Shown here: positions 10,020-20,612 of the stretch, piece by piece
Position numbering within the stretch: the first letter of the stretch is position 1
Layout of the letters: every line of letters starts with the position of its first letter
Assembly: GCA_963700635.1 (NCBI GenBank)
Contig: CAVOYH010000006.1
Span: 64,001 to 128,000 of the forward strand
Length of the DNA: 64,000 bases
Reading direction: 5' to 3'
Origin: an uncultured Bacteroidota bacterium
GTDB lineage: Bacteria; Bacteroidota; Ignavibacteria; UBA10030; UBA6906
Program-made: the position numbers and the translations under genes
The notes under the pieces: model-generated
Seen by the model: only the letters and a program-made list of their open reading frames with translations
Database searches by the model: none
Told to the model about the DNA's origin: nothing

Positions 10020-11303
10020 TCAGGAGTCCAGCGCGACCGTGTCCAGTTTGGGAACGAGCACCTGAAACATCAGCAAGGCAAGGAGGTATGCCGATCCCGC
10101 AATAAGAAAGATAATCACATAACTCCCGGTGAGTTCGAGAATGATGCCTGTCGCGGTGGATACCAGCATGCCGCCGATGGAGCCGGCCATACCACCCAGA
10201 CCAACAACCGATCCGATCGCACGGCGCGGAAACATATCGGAGGTCGTCGTGAACAGGTTTGCTGACCAGCCCTGGTGTGCTGCTGTTGCCAGACCGAGGA
10301 GTGCGACGGCCATCCAGAGGGAGTCGGCCTGTGAAGCAAACATGATCGGGATGACGCAGAGAGCACAGATCAGCATGGCAAACTTTCGGCCCTTGTTCAC
10401 GGTCCATCCCCGCTTGATAAAAGCCGATGACAGCCAGCCGCCCCCCACACTTCCGACGTCGGCAAGGAGGTAGATGACTATAAGCGGGAGACCGAGTGTT
10501 TCGAGAGTCAGTCCATATTCCTTGTAGAGGAATTTAGGGACCCAGTAGAGGTAGAACCACCATACCGGATCGGTGAGGAACTTGGCAATCATAAACGCCC
10601 AGGTCTCGCGGTAGGTCATAAGACGAAGCCACGGGATTTTTTCAACTGACTCGGGCGGGTCGCTGTGGATGTGGGCGAGTTCATCCGCGGAGACACGTTT
10701 GCTCTTGGCCGGGATCTCGTACAAAACCATCCAGAAAATCAGCCAGACGAACCCGATCGCACCGGTGACGAGAAAGGCCTCGTACCACCCGAAGGCGAGT
10801 GTTATCCAGGGAACCACGAGGGGAGCGATAACCGCGCCGACATTGGCACCGGCATTAAAGATCCCGGTAGCGAGAGCTCTCTCTTTCTTGGGAAACCATT
10901 CAGCCACGGTCTTGATGGCCGCGGGAAAATTGCCGGACTCTCCCAGTCCGAGCGCAAACCGGGCCACTCCGAATCCGAAAGCGGTGCGGGCAAGGGCGTG
11001 TGCCATCGCCGCAACACTCCACAGGATCATCGATAAGGAATAGCCGATCTTCGTTCCGACAAGGTCCATGAGCCGGCCGACGAGAAGCAGACCGATCGCA
11101 TACGCAGCCTGGAAGGCGGTAACGATGTATCCGTACTCGATTTCGCTCCACCCGATTTCCTGTTGAAGAGTCGGTGCAAGGATTCCAAGCACCTGCCTGT
11201 CGATGTAGTTGATGGTGGTGGCAAAGAACAACAGGGCGCAGACCGTCCAGCGGTAATTTCCGCCGCGCGGCCCGGGAGCAGATATGTTCTGGGATTGTGT
11301 CAT
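10020..11303 (-). CDS. MFS transporter, ExuT-like hexuronate/sugar-acid permease
   Basis: YRW...LLFFATTINYIDRQ, GESGNFPAAIK, AEWFPKKER, DPVWWFYLYW, HQGWSAN. Confidence 0.85.
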   Translation of the reverse strand: MTQSQNISAPGPRGGNYRWTVCALLFFATTINYIDRQVLGILAPTLQQEIGWSEIEYGYIVTAFQAAYAIGLLLVGRLMDLVGTKIGYSLSMILWSVAAMAHALARTAFGFGVARFALGLGESGNFPAAIKTVAEWFPKKERALATGIFNAGANVGAVIAPLVVPWITLAFGWYEAFLVTGAIGFVWLIFWMVLYEIPAKSKRVSADELAHIHSDPPESVEKIPWLRLMTYRETWAFMIAKFLTDPVWWFYLYWVPKFLYKEYGLTLETLGLPLIVIYLLADVGSVGGGWLSSAFIKRGWTVNKGRKFAMLICALCVIPIMFASQADSLWMAVALLGLATAAHQGWSANLFTTTSDMFPRRAIGSVVGLGGMAGSIGGMLVSTATGIILELTGSYVIIFLIAGSAYLLALLMFQVLVPKLDTVALDS

Positions 11304-11465
11304 CCTGGATCTATCTCCGTTGCCGGATCGGACATCCGGACGACGGCTTGGAAGGACGTTGCCGGCCGGGCTCCGGCGTTTCTAGAGGCCCGGCAGGTCT
11401 GACACCGTATGGATGGGACATCCGTTGAACAGCAGACAGTGAAAGGGTAACGTCAAGGGGTATAT

Positions 11466-12608
11466 TTAGATTCTGCCGTTTCTCTTGAGGATTTCCCGGG
11501 AAATGACAATTCTTTGAATCTCGTTCGTGCCCTCGAAAATGCGGTTGATACGAGAATCCCGGTAATACCGTTCGATGGGAAGCTCCCGCGAATAGCCCAT
11601 CCCGCCATGAATCTGGACGGCCATATCGGCGACTCTGTCAAGGGATTCGGAACAGTAGAGCTTTACGGTGGCGGATTCGCGGGAGATCGGTTTTCCCGCA
11701 TCGTACGCCATCGCCGTCCGGTAGACCATAGACTCCATCGCGAAGATCATCACCGACATATCTGCGAGCATAAATTGAATTGCTTCGAACTGGGAAATCG
11801 GCACATCGAACTGCTTCCGCTCTTTTGCAAAACGAGCCGACAGTTCGAGCAGTTCTTTGGCCGCCCCGGTGCAGGCGGCACCCAGACCCAGGCGACCCGC
11901 ATCGAGTGTCTTCATGGCCACAAGGAATCCGCGGCCATCGTGGCCGATGATATTCGTGTGGGGCACGCGAACATTTTCCAGCGTAATGGCGTTTGTGATG
12001 CTTCCCCGGATTCCCATTTTCTTCTCTGCCGGACCCGCATGGTATCCCGGGTTTTTTGTCTCAACGACAAAGCCGGTGATACCGCGGTCAGTCCTGGCAA
12101 AGAGCGACACCACGTCCGCAATCGAACCGTTGGTAATCCACATCTTTTCGCCGTTGATGACCCATTCATCCCCTTCACGGTGCGCCCGCGTCCGGAGATT
12201 AAACGAGTCGGATCCAGCAAGCACTTCTGTAAGCCCGAATGCTCCGATCATCCGTCCCTCGGCCAGCGGAACGAGGTATTTTTTCTTCAGTTCTTCCGTC
12301 CCACCAAGGTAGATCGCATTTGCGCCGATTGATTGGTGGGCGCCCATAAACGTGGCGGTTGACATACAGCCGCGGGCGATTTCCTCCTGCATCAGGCAAT
12401 AGCCCATCTCGCCGAAACCGCCGCCCCCGTACTCCGGGGGAAAAGCCGTTCCCATAAGTCCGAGATCGCGCATTTTGTCGATCAGCTCCCGCGGAATCTT
12501 TTCTTCTTCATCGATCTGATGTGCGAGCGGTTTGATCTCTCCATTGACAAATTCGCGGACCATGTCACGGAGCATGAGTTGTTCTTCAGTAAACGAAAAG
12601 AGGGACAT
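11466..12608 (-). CDS. Acyl-CoA dehydrogenase
   Basis: AFGLTE..GSD, NGEKMWITNG, KMGIRGS, LDAGRLG, QIHGGMGY, IFEGTNEIQR. Confidence 0.95.
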   Translation of the reverse strand: MSLFSFTEEQLMLRDMVREFVNGEIKPLAHQIDEEEKIPRELIDKMRDLGLMGTAFPPEYGGGGFGEMGYCLMQEEIARGCMSTATFMGAHQSIGANAIYLGGTEELKKKYLVPLAEGRMIGAFGLTEVLAGSDSFNLRTRAHREGDEWVINGEKMWITNGSIADVVSLFARTDRGITGFVVETKNPGYHAGPAEKKMGIRGSITNAITLENVRVPHTNIIGHDGRGFLVAMKTLDAGRLGLGAACTGAAKELLELSARFAKERKQFDVPISQFEAIQFMLADMSVMIFAMESMVYRTAMAYDAGKPISRESATVKLYCSESLDRVADMAVQIHGGMGYSRELPIERYYRDSRINRIFEGTNEIQRIVISREILKRNGRI

Positions 12609-12610
12609 TA

Positions 12611-13444
12611 CTATTCACCTTTCTGACCGACAAAACTGACGATATCTTCACCACCGTCCACACCGATGACATTTCCGGAGACCCAGCTTGCGCCATCTTC
12701 ACAGAGCAACAGCATGGCTTGGGCAACATCGTCCGGATTTGTAAGCCGGCCGCCGGGATTTTTTGCCCGTGCAACTTCGAGCATCCGTACTGCTCCCGGA
12801 ATCTTTCGCAGAGCCGGGGTATCTGTCACACCTGCCATCAGGGCATTCGCTGTGATCCCCAGCGGCCCGAGTTCCATCGCCAGCTGGCGGACGTGAGATT
12901 CCAGTGCCGCCTTTGCGCCCGACACGGCGCCGTAGCTTGGCAGCACGTTGTGGCCGCCCGAGCTTGTCAACGCGAACACCCGCCCACCCTTCTTCATCAA
13001 TCCGCGGGTAATGAGCCCCTGCACCCAGTACACCAGACTGTGTGCCATCACATCGAGGGTCATTTCCATCTGGGCCTGCGACACCGCATCATCGATCTTC
13101 TTTGCCACAAATGGTTTGAGTGTGCCGAAGGCGAGCGAGTGCAGCAGGACCTTGATCGTGCCCTGATTTGACCCGGAGAACCGCTCCTGGATGTCGTCCA
13201 GCGTCTCACTTCTTTTGATGGCGTCGGCGGCATTCATATTATAGAACATCGCTTCACGCCCGAAATGTTTTATTTCCTTCATGATATGCTGCACGGTCGG
13301 CATTGTGGCCTGGCGATCCAGATGGACGCCGAAAATATTCATCCCGTGCCGTGCGAACTCCACCGCTGCCGAGCCGCCGAACCCGCTCGACGACCCCAGG
13401 ATGAGTGCCCATTCATTTGACTTGAAGCGGGGCTCAGATTTCAT
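12611..13444 (-). CDS. SDR oxidoreductase, enoyl-ACP reductase (FabL/FabI-like)
   Basis: LGSSSGFG, Y-x6-K active site (YGAVSGAK), TDTPAL, IGVDGG. Confidence 0.75.
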   Translation of the reverse strand: MKSEPRFKSNEWALILGSSSGFGGSAAVEFARHGMNIFGVHLDRQATMPTVQHIMKEIKHFGREAMFYNMNAADAIKRSETLDDIQERFSGSNQGTIKVLLHSLAFGTLKPFVAKKIDDAVSQAQMEMTLDVMAHSLVYWVQGLITRGLMKKGGRVFALTSSGGHNVLPSYGAVSGAKAALESHVRQLAMELGPLGITANALMAGVTDTPALRKIPGAVRMLEVARAKNPGGRLTNPDDVAQAMLLLCEDGASWVSGNVIGVDGGEDIVSFVGQKGE

Positions 13445-13461
13445 AGACGTCCTTTCCTCTG

Positions 13462-15300
13462 CTATTCAACTGTTACGCTCTTTGCAAGATTTCTGGGCTG
13501 ATCGACGTTGGTGCCGCGCTCGACGGCGATGTAGTAGGCCAGCAGTTGCAGCGGAATAATATTCAGAATCGGTCCGAAAAAACCGTACGTATGGGGCACA
13601 CGGATCACAAACTCCGCCATCTTTTCAATCTCGCTGTCATCCTCATTCGCCACAGCAATGATACGGCCTCTCCGCGCGCGCACCTCCTGGATGTTGCTGA
13701 TCACCTTTTCGTAGATTCCATCCCGCGGCACAATAAACACCACCGGCATATTCTCATCGATGAGCGCTATCGGTCCGTGTTTCATCTCCGCGGCGGGATA
13801 CCCCTCGGCGTGGATATACGAGATTTCCTTGAGTTTGAGCGCCCCTTCCAATGCCACCGGGAAATTCGCGCCCCGGCCAAGATAGAGAAAATTCTTTGAA
13901 TCCTTAAACTTCTTCGCAATCTCCTGGATGGTGGAAGTATCACGCAGAATGGTCTCCACCTTCTCCGGAAGGGTCGCCAGCTCGCGGGCCAGCAACTGTC
14001 CCCGCTCCTTTTCCATCCCGCGGGCACGCGCAAGAAGGATCGTAATCAGCGCCAGTGCTGTCAGTTGCGAGGTGAACGCTTTTGTCGAGGCAACCCCGAT
14101 TTCCGGACCGGCATGCACATAGACGCCGCCGTGAGACTCCCTGGCTATGCTGCTCCCCACAACATTCACAATCCCCAGGACTGTTGCTCCCTTGGTCTTG
14201 GCATCCTTGAGCGCCGAGAGTGTATCCGCGGTTTCGCCGCTCTGGCTGATCGTGAAGATCACGTCGTCAATGTTGACCACCGGGTCACGGTACCGGAACT
14301 CCGAGGCGTATTCCACCTCCGTGGGTATCCGCGCAATCTGCTCAAGCATGTATTCGCCCACCAGCGCTGCATGCCACGACGTGCCACAGGCCGTGATGAT
14401 AATACGCCGGGCGCTGAGGAGCCGGCCCAGGGTATTCTGCAGGCCTCCCAGCTTTACGTCACCTTCCTCCACAAGCAGACGTCCCCTCATGGCATCATGA
14501 ATCGTCTGCGGTTGCTCGTGAATCTCCTTGAGCATAAAATGATCGTAGCCGCCCCGCTCGATCTGCGAAAGCTCGAGCGTGACCTCCTGTACCGTCTTCT
14601 TTACCTCTACATCCTCAATGGTCATGGTCCGGACGTTATCGCAGGTCACGTCGGCAATTTCGCCGTCATCCAGATAGACCACCTGCCGGGTGTGTGCCAC
14701 GATGGCGGAGGCATCGGAGGCAACATAGTTTTCACCGTCACCAACCCCGATGAGGAGCGGACTTCCCCGCCGTGCCGCGATCAACCGTTTCGGATCCAGC
14801 GGAGAGATAACGACGATGCCATACGTACCCCTTACTTCCGAGAGGGCGAGCCGGACTGCCCTCGTGAGGTCACCACATTCGTCATACATGACCCCCACAA
14901 GATGCGCCAGTACCTCGGTGTCTGTCCCGCCGAGAAATGTATGCCCATCCCGGAGGAGTTTGGTCTTTATGGCAAGATAGTTTTCGATGATGCCGTTGTG
15001 AACAAGAGCGATCTGTTTCTTCTGATCCCAATGCGGATGCGCGTTGGTGTCGTTGGGTTCCCCGTGCGTGGCCCACCGGGTATGCCCCATGCCAACGTTT
15101 CCGAACAGCGTACCGTTGGATTTCCCCAATTCAATCGCCAGATCGGCCACTTTTCCGGCATTCTTCTGGATATAGAACTTCCCATCCCGGATCAGGGCAA
15201 TACCGGCCGAATCATAACCCCTGTACTCCAGCCGACGGAGGCCTTCGAGGATGATCGGGACACAGTTCTTCGAACCTATATATCCAACGATACCGCACAT
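13462..15300 (-). CDS. glmS: Glutamine--fructose-6-phosphate transaminase
   Basis: MCGIVG, LEYRGYDSAG, HTRWATHG, SQSGETADT, PRNLAKSVTVE. Confidence 0.98.
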   Translation of the reverse strand: MCGIVGYIGSKNCVPIILEGLRRLEYRGYDSAGIALIRDGKFYIQKNAGKVADLAIELGKSNGTLFGNVGMGHTRWATHGEPNDTNAHPHWDQKKQIALVHNGIIENYLAIKTKLLRDGHTFLGGTDTEVLAHLVGVMYDECGDLTRAVRLALSEVRGTYGIVVISPLDPKRLIAARRGSPLLIGVGDGENYVASDASAIVAHTRQVVYLDDGEIADVTCDNVRTMTIEDVEVKKTVQEVTLELSQIERGGYDHFMLKEIHEQPQTIHDAMRGRLLVEEGDVKLGGLQNTLGRLLSARRIIITACGTSWHAALVGEYMLEQIARIPTEVEYASEFRYRDPVVNIDDVIFTISQSGETADTLSALKDAKTKGATVLGIVNVVGSSIARESHGGVYVHAGPEIGVASTKAFTSQLTALALITILLARARGMEKERGQLLARELATLPEKVETILRDTSTIQEIAKKFKDSKNFLYLGRGANFPVALEGALKLKEISYIHAEGYPAAEMKHGPIALIDENMPVVFIVPRDGIYEKVISNIQEVRARRGRIIAVANEDDSEIEKMAEFVIRVPHTYGFFGPILNIIPLQLLAYYIAVERGTNVDQPRNLAKSVTVE

Positions 15301-15419
15301 ACCACCCCCACGGTTTAGTGAATACTTGATAACATAGGGAAATCGGGGTAGGAAATCAACCGGGCTACAAGACAGGCCGCGACGCAGTCAAAGACACCCA
15401 CGGACGCTGGGACAGGCAT

Positions 15420-16157
15420 TTACCCCGGGGGGAGAAGTCCGATGACTCCCATCATCCGACCCGAACCCACCCCTTCCCGCCGGTGTGAGTGATAGACATC
15501 GGCACGGCAGATCGTACAGGCGGGATCCATCACGATCGCTTCCCGGCGGAGACCGGCCTCCAACAGATGCTCAACATTTGCCTGCTTCAGGTCAACTTTG
15601 TAGTCCGGTCCCTCACGAACCACACACGCTTCAGAAAATTGTGACGCGACATCACTCCCGACGAGGTAACAACAGACTCCGGCAGAAGGACCGATGTAGG
15701 CGATCATGTCCGATGCGTTTGCTCCCAACTCCCTTGCCATGACCCGGACACCCTTTGCCGCGATCCTGGCCGCACTCCCCCGCCAGCCGGCGTGCACCAC
15801 TCCGACGGCGGGGATGTTGGGATCAACCAGAAAAACCGGGACACAATCCGCTATCGTGACGCACAGGAAGACCCCCGCAGTAGCGGTGCACAGACCATCC
15901 GTGCTGTCCCACAGGCCGGGTGCATCCACATGTCGTATCCTCTCCCCGTGAACCTGCCGCTGAAGTGCCAGGTCTTCGAGTTTTATCCCCAGCGTTCCGA
16001 AAAAGAGTTCCCGGTTCCGGGTCACTGCCTCAGGATCATCCCCGACAGAGTAGGAAAGGTTCATCCCGAACGATCGGGCGCTGACCCCCCCCTGCCGTGT
16101 GCTGAGGGCACACAGGAGAAAGGGATAGTGTTCGGCAAAATCCGGCCGGCGTATCAT
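15420..16157 (-). CDS. pgeF: Peptidoglycan editing factor / YfiH-family purine nucleoside phosphorylase
   Basis: STRQGGVS, QVHG, ADCVPV, HAGWRG, IGPS, CT.C...SHRR. Confidence 0.9.
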   Translation of the reverse strand: MIRRPDFAEHYPFLLCALSTRQGGVSARSFGMNLSYSVGDDPEAVTRNRELFFGTLGIKLEDLALQRQVHGERIRHVDAPGLWDSTDGLCTATAGVFLCVTIADCVPVFLVDPNIPAVGVVHAGWRGSAARIAAKGVRVMARELGANASDMIAYIGPSAGVCCYLVGSDVASQFSEACVVREGPDYKVDLKQANVEHLLEAGLRREAIVMDPACTICRADVYHSHRREGVGSGRMMGVIGLLPPG

Positions 16158-19100
16158 GCCTGCGCCTGCCCGCCGGGTATCTCCAGCGTCACGGTCGTTC
16201 CCACACCGACACGACTCTCTATCGACACCGTACCTCCAAGATCATCCACCGTCTTTTTCACAATGGCAAGGCCCAGACCCATACCATCCGTCCGTGTAGA
16301 GAAGTTCGGCTTAAACAGATTGGGTTTGATGTCATCGGGGATGCCGTGGCCGGAATCTTTGAATGCTATCTGCACGCCCCGGAGTGAGCGCACGACGGTT
16401 ATTTCCATCCGGCCCTTTCCACCCATCGCCTGAACGCCATTTCTGAGGATATTGATGCATGCGCGCCGCAGTTCCTCGCGGTCCGCCATGATTTCAGGCA
16501 ACCCCGGTTCTGTTGACAGCACACACTCCACGCGGGAATCCTGCCGGAACAGCTGAACGGCCTCTCCCACGACCTCTCCTGGCTGGCACAGGGCGAGAGT
16601 GCGGCGGGGCATCCGAGCAAACGCGGAAAACTCAAAGGCAATCCGGCTGAGCGCATCGATCTGCCCGATGACGGTGTGTGTGACCTGTTCAAGTATCTCC
16701 CCGAAATCCTGTGCACGATCAAGATACGCCCGCCTCAGGTGCTGGATTGATAATTTCATGGGCGTCAGCGGGTTCTTAATCTCATGCGCCACCTGCCTCG
16801 CCATTTCCTTCCAGGCAAGCTCCCGCTCCACCTGCACCAGCGAGTCTCTGCTCCGTTCAAGTTCCCGTGTCATGGTATCAAACGACTGTACCAGTTCCCC
16901 GATCTCCCCGTCGGCACGGGGAAGGCGCGAGCTTATGTTCAGGTCTCCCTTCCCCACATCCCTCGCAAGTTCGGTGAGCCGGAGTACCGGGGCTGCAAAA
17001 CGGTTAGCGAGCACGGGGGTAATAAGGAGCATGACAAGCAGGACCGCAGCATAGACACCAAACAGAACGGCATGACGTTCAACAAGCTCACGTTCCAGCT
17101 CGTCCTGGCGGAAGAGCGTCGGCACCGAGACAACGCCAATGATACCCCTTGCGGCATCAAGAACAGGCCGGTATCCCACGGCATAGCGGAACAGTCCGAT
17201 GTGTTCGGTTTCGACAAAAAACCATTTTCCGCTCAGAACCACTTCCGCATACGCGCTGCCGCTGATCCGCGCATCCAGCAATCCCGCAATGTAGAGTTCA
17301 GGCCTGCTGCTGATGCGGAGCATCGTACCCATGTACAGGTTGAAGTCGGTGCCGGCATTAGCGGCGATCAACTCCACCCGATCAGGCCGGACCTCCATTT
17401 CAGAAGAGGCATCCGCATGTTCCCCGATGCCGGCGATATCCTGCGCCACTGCCGCGGTCTGATCTTCCAGACGGCGCGCCATACTCTCCATCATGCGTTC
17501 ACGTACATCCAGCTGGCTGTACATCAATAACAAACCAAGCGGAAGCAATGCGGCGATCAGCATCGTTCCCAGAAGTCTGTCCCTGAAACTGAACCGGAGG
17601 GACCGCCCCTGCATCAGGGCGCGGATCACCATACATGCTCCCCAGAGCACGAGAAGCAGCCCGAAGACAACCCCCACTTTGACAAGCCCCACAAAGCGGA
17701 GAAGGATATCGTGTCGTTCAAGGCTGAGTCCGATAACGCCCCGCCCGCCTTCACCCCGCAGGGCATAAAACGTCTCGTACGCCACACCGCCTATCTCCTC
17801 CTCTTTCCACATCATCGGTGGCGACAGGAGCGGCAGTGACTCAACCAGCCCGTCAGACAGTACATGGGTGAACGGGAATGTTTTGTTGGTGGATCGTAAA
17901 TACAGGCCATCACGGTATTCCGTGATGGTGATTGGGCGGTAGAAGGACTCCAGTGTTTCGCGAGATGTCCCGCGGAGCACCGATGGATTGTCGCCGCGGA
18001 ACAGCTGCCGTTCTCCTGCCGCGACCGTTACCCGTACGTGACCACGAATGTCGCCCGTGCCCGAGCGGATGGGGGCGGAACCGGCATAGATGCGCACCGC
18101 GCTCACGCCATCTCCGATACTTTTAACCCGTAAAACTCCCTGCGTATCCAGCGGGACTGAATAACTCATCTGATGGGCCACGCCCGTCTGTCCTCCGATG
18201 GCAAACCTGCTGAGCTGCTTCCCCTCTGAATCCAGGAGCTCAAAGACCGAAGAGTATCCCTCCCGGCATGCCGCACTCTGTGCCCAGGCACGCAGCGCAA
18301 CGGATTCAGGATTCCGCGACGCCCCCTCAGCATCTGCGGCATTGATCAATTGTAACAACCCCTCCTCAACGATAAACTTGAGCCACCCCTCTATAGGACG
18401 AAGCACCTCTTCCGCAAACGTCTCCACTTTGCTTCGATCCCGCTCGCGGATCTGCGCATCCAGCACCGGAACGAGGATAATTGCTGAAAGGACAGCTATG
18501 CCCAGGTACTTGCCCACCGGAGTCGCCAGCCGGGCAGGTCCCGGCCCCCTGGACGTCAGCCAACAGAGTACAAGAACAGATGCGGAGAACAGAATCCTGT
18601 ACCAGATGGGCACGAGTGGTTCTGTCAGGAATTCCATCCCCACTGCACCGGCCAGGAACAGAATCACCGTCAACCACCACCCCATCATCTGCACGATTTT
18701 GCCGGCGGCTTCAAGAGCAAGTGCGGCCAGCAGGAATGCAAGAATGACCCCATTCAGAATTAACAGTCCCATCGGAAAAGGAGGAAAGAGAATGGCAGGG
18801 TCACCCACGGTCAGCGTCGAATCGTAGAGCAAACTGCGCACCACTGCACCGAACATGCGCAGGAGCACGAACGACGCCACAGCGAGCAATACCGAGCCGC
18901 CCACACGCACCATCAGGGGCAAACGGCTTGCACCGGTCTGCATGGAGCGAATATCGTCCGCCCGTACGAGAAGAAGAAGGTTTGCTGCGAGTGTTACAAC
19001 CGAAATCGTGAGATCGCCGATGGATTTTGCAAGCCCGCCCGCGAATACCGAAGCATACAACACCGGATCGAATATTCCCTCTGGAAAGAGCCGGCCGGGG

Positions 19101-20035
19101 ATGTCCAGCCAGAGCAGTCCGTAACGGAGTATCCAGAGCAGAGCTGTAAGGACGAGTACCCGGGCGAATCCTGTGAGCCGGGTAAACGCCGTCCGCAGGA
19201 GAAGTACAACAAGACTGACGAGGAGCAATGCCGCGAGTGTGCTGTGGATGTCATCGTACCGCTCTGTCAGCTGCTCCGTGAGTTCGGCATACGTGGAGCG
19301 CCACACGCGTGCGGACCCGACACGTGCGCTGTCGATGCCGTACAGAGGCGCCGCATGCCAGAGCGAATCCGGCTCGGCAAATGTTTCGGGGGGAAAGATA
19401 AAATGGACCGGAACGCCAAGGTCCGCCGACAACCGGTCGGCTAGTCCGCCCCGCCCGAGGAACCTGTTCCTGAGAGGGGAGGCCACTTCGAGGGTCTGCC
19501 GGACGACCACTGCGCCGAGGACGCGTCCTTCATGCCGGACGGGGACCGCAAGGAAGAGCTGCGATGAAACCGCGGAGCGCGAGACGAAGGACGTCATCTG
19601 ACCGGCGAGGGCAATAAAAACATCCCGCCGGCCGCTGCTCCCCCCCTGTCCCGCCCACGCCACAAGTTCCCCCTGCAAATCATAGAGTTCGATGCCGGCA
19701 CGGGAGGCTTGAGCTGCACTTGTTGCCACCGCAAAAACAGGACGGCGGTCTGTCGTTTCGCCGCTGAGGTATCTGAGAACGTCATTCTGCTGACCCACGT
19801 CAACAGCCAGACGCCGCGCGATCCGTTGCTCATCCCCGAATGCTCTGACCGCGGTCGCAAGGTGCTCCTGGGCGGTCTTGTCCCGCATCGAATCCCAGTT
19901 CCGGTCGAGCTGGCGTCTCTGGACCCATTCGACGCCCTGCGCGATGACAAGAAGCCCCACGCAGACAATCACCAGGAAGAACTCGGGGGATCGTTGCTGG
20001 CGCAGAACCTCAAAAAACCGGGGGGAGGTCATCAC
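16154..20035 (-). CDS. Large multi-TM HAMP sensor histidine kinase (NtrY-like C-terminus)
   Basis: AWKEMARQVAHEIKNPLTP H-box, N-box NILRNG, DSGHGI, GMGLGL; HAMP domain; many TM helices. Confidence 0.9.
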   Translation of the reverse strand: MMTSPRFFEVLRQQRSPEFFLVIVCVGLLVIAQGVEWVQRRQLDRNWDSMRDKTAQEHLATAVRAFGDEQRIARRLAVDVGQQNDVLRYLSGETTDRRPVFAVATSAAQASRAGIELYDLQGELVAWAGQGGSSGRRDVFIALAGQMTSFVSRSAVSSQLFLAVPVRHEGRVLGAVVVRQTLEVASPLRNRFLGRGGLADRLSADLGVPVHFIFPPETFAEPDSLWHAAPLYGIDSARVGSARVWRSTYAELTEQLTERYDDIHSTLAALLLVSLVVLLLRTAFTRLTGFARVLVLTALLWILRYGLLWLDIPGRLFPEGIFDPVLYASVFAGGLAKSIGDLTISVVTLAANLLLLVRADDIRSMQTGASRLPLMVRVGGSVLLAVASFVLLRMFGAVVRSLLYDSTLTVGDPAILFPPFPMGLLILNGVILAFLLAALALEAAGKIVQMMGWWLTVILFLAGAVGMEFLTEPLVPIWYRILFSASVLVLCWLTSRGPGPARLATPVGKYLGIAVLSAIILVPVLDAQIRERDRSKVETFAEEVLRPIEGWLKFIVEEGLLQLINAADAEGASRNPESVALRAWAQSAACREGYSSVFELLDSEGKQLSRFAIGGQTGVAHQMSYSVPLDTQGVLRVKSIGDGVSAVRIYAGSAPIRSGTGDIRGHVRVTVAAGERQLFRGDNPSVLRGTSRETLESFYRPITITEYRDGLYLRSTNKTFPFTHVLSDGLVESLPLLSPPMMWKEEEIGGVAYETFYALRGEGGRGVIGLSLERHDILLRFVGLVKVGVVFGLLLVLWGACMVIRALMQGRSLRFSFRDRLLGTMLIAALLPLGLLLMYSQLDVRERMMESMARRLEDQTAAVAQDIAGIGEHADASSEMEVRPDRVELIAANAGTDFNLYMGTMLRISSRPELYIAGLLDARISGSAYAEVVLSGKWFFVETEHIGLFRYAVGYRPVLDAARGIIGVVSVPTLFRQDELERELVERHAVLFGVYAAVLLVMLLITPVLANRFAAPVLRLTELARDVGKGDLNISSRLPRADGEIGELVQSFDTMTRELERSRDSLVQVERELAWKEMARQVAHEIKNPLTPMKLSIQHLRRAYLDRAQDFGEILEQVTHTVIGQIDALSRIAFEFSAFARMPRRTLALCQPGEVVGEAVQLFRQDSRVECVLSTEPGLPEIMADREELRRACINILRNGVQAMGGKGRMEITVVRSLRGVQIAFKDSGHGIPDDIKPNLFKPNFSTRTDGMGLGLAIVKKTVDDLGGTVSIESRVGVGTTVTLEIPGGQAQA

Positions 20036-20038
20036 TGG

Positions 20039-20524
20039 TCAGTAGATATTCAGGTGGGAAATCACCCATCGCTCACCCGACAGGTGGAGGGCGATATAGA
20101 GCTGGAGATCTTCACGTGTTCCTTTTACGGCGAACGTCGCTGCACCGGTAGCGTATGGGGCCCCATCCGTCGCACCGTACGTACTCAGGATAACAGATAC
20201 CGGTTTCCGCGTCTTGAGAAATGACGTAAGGACATAATATGCTTGTGTGGCACTGTGGTACTCCCCTTCCGCCCCGCGCAATTGCACAAAAACCCTCGCG
20301 GAGAAGTGAACCGAAAACGGCTCAACCGTTCCCGCGTTAAGACCCTCTTCAACGGAACCAAAAACCTTCAATGCCGCGGCAGGTATGGCATCTCTGCCGG
20401 GAGAAGGGATCAGGCTCTGACGCTGCAGAGAGAGACCTTTCTGCCCAACTGCGGATAGTTCCGGCTGGTTGAACAAAGCAGACACCGAACTGCCCGCACT
20501 TAACAATACGACGATGATCAACAT
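20039..20524 (-). CDS. Exported protein, DUF4783-like
   Basis: Signal peptide; YHSATQAYYVLTSF pattern resembles DUF4783. Family call is from memory. Confidence 0.55.
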   Translation of the reverse strand: MLIIVVLLSAGSSVSALFNQPELSAVGQKGLSLQRQSLIPSPGRDAIPAAALKVFGSVEEGLNAGTVEPFSVHFSARVFVQLRGAEGEYHSATQAYYVLTSFLKTRKPVSVILSTYGATDGAPYATGAATFAVKGTREDLQLYIALHLSGERWVISHLNIY

Positions 20525-20612
20525 GAAGTACACGATCCGGCCTTTACATGGTAGACGCAAAAAAGTACACCTTGCCGGAGTGAAAGTCAACCGGACGGGA
20601 ACAAAGGCCTCA

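Noticed and set aside
14065-15318. Long plus-strand ORFs antisense to real genes (also 26581-27693, 35768-36676, 43641-44942, 46951-48426)
   Set aside because: Shadow frames of GC-rich coding sequence with no motifs; the opposite strand carries clear conserved proteins.
15301-15419. Possible glmS ribozyme upstream of glmS
   Set aside because: No AGCGCC catalytic core. The region holds a plain TTGATT-N17-TATGTT promoter-like sequence close to the start.
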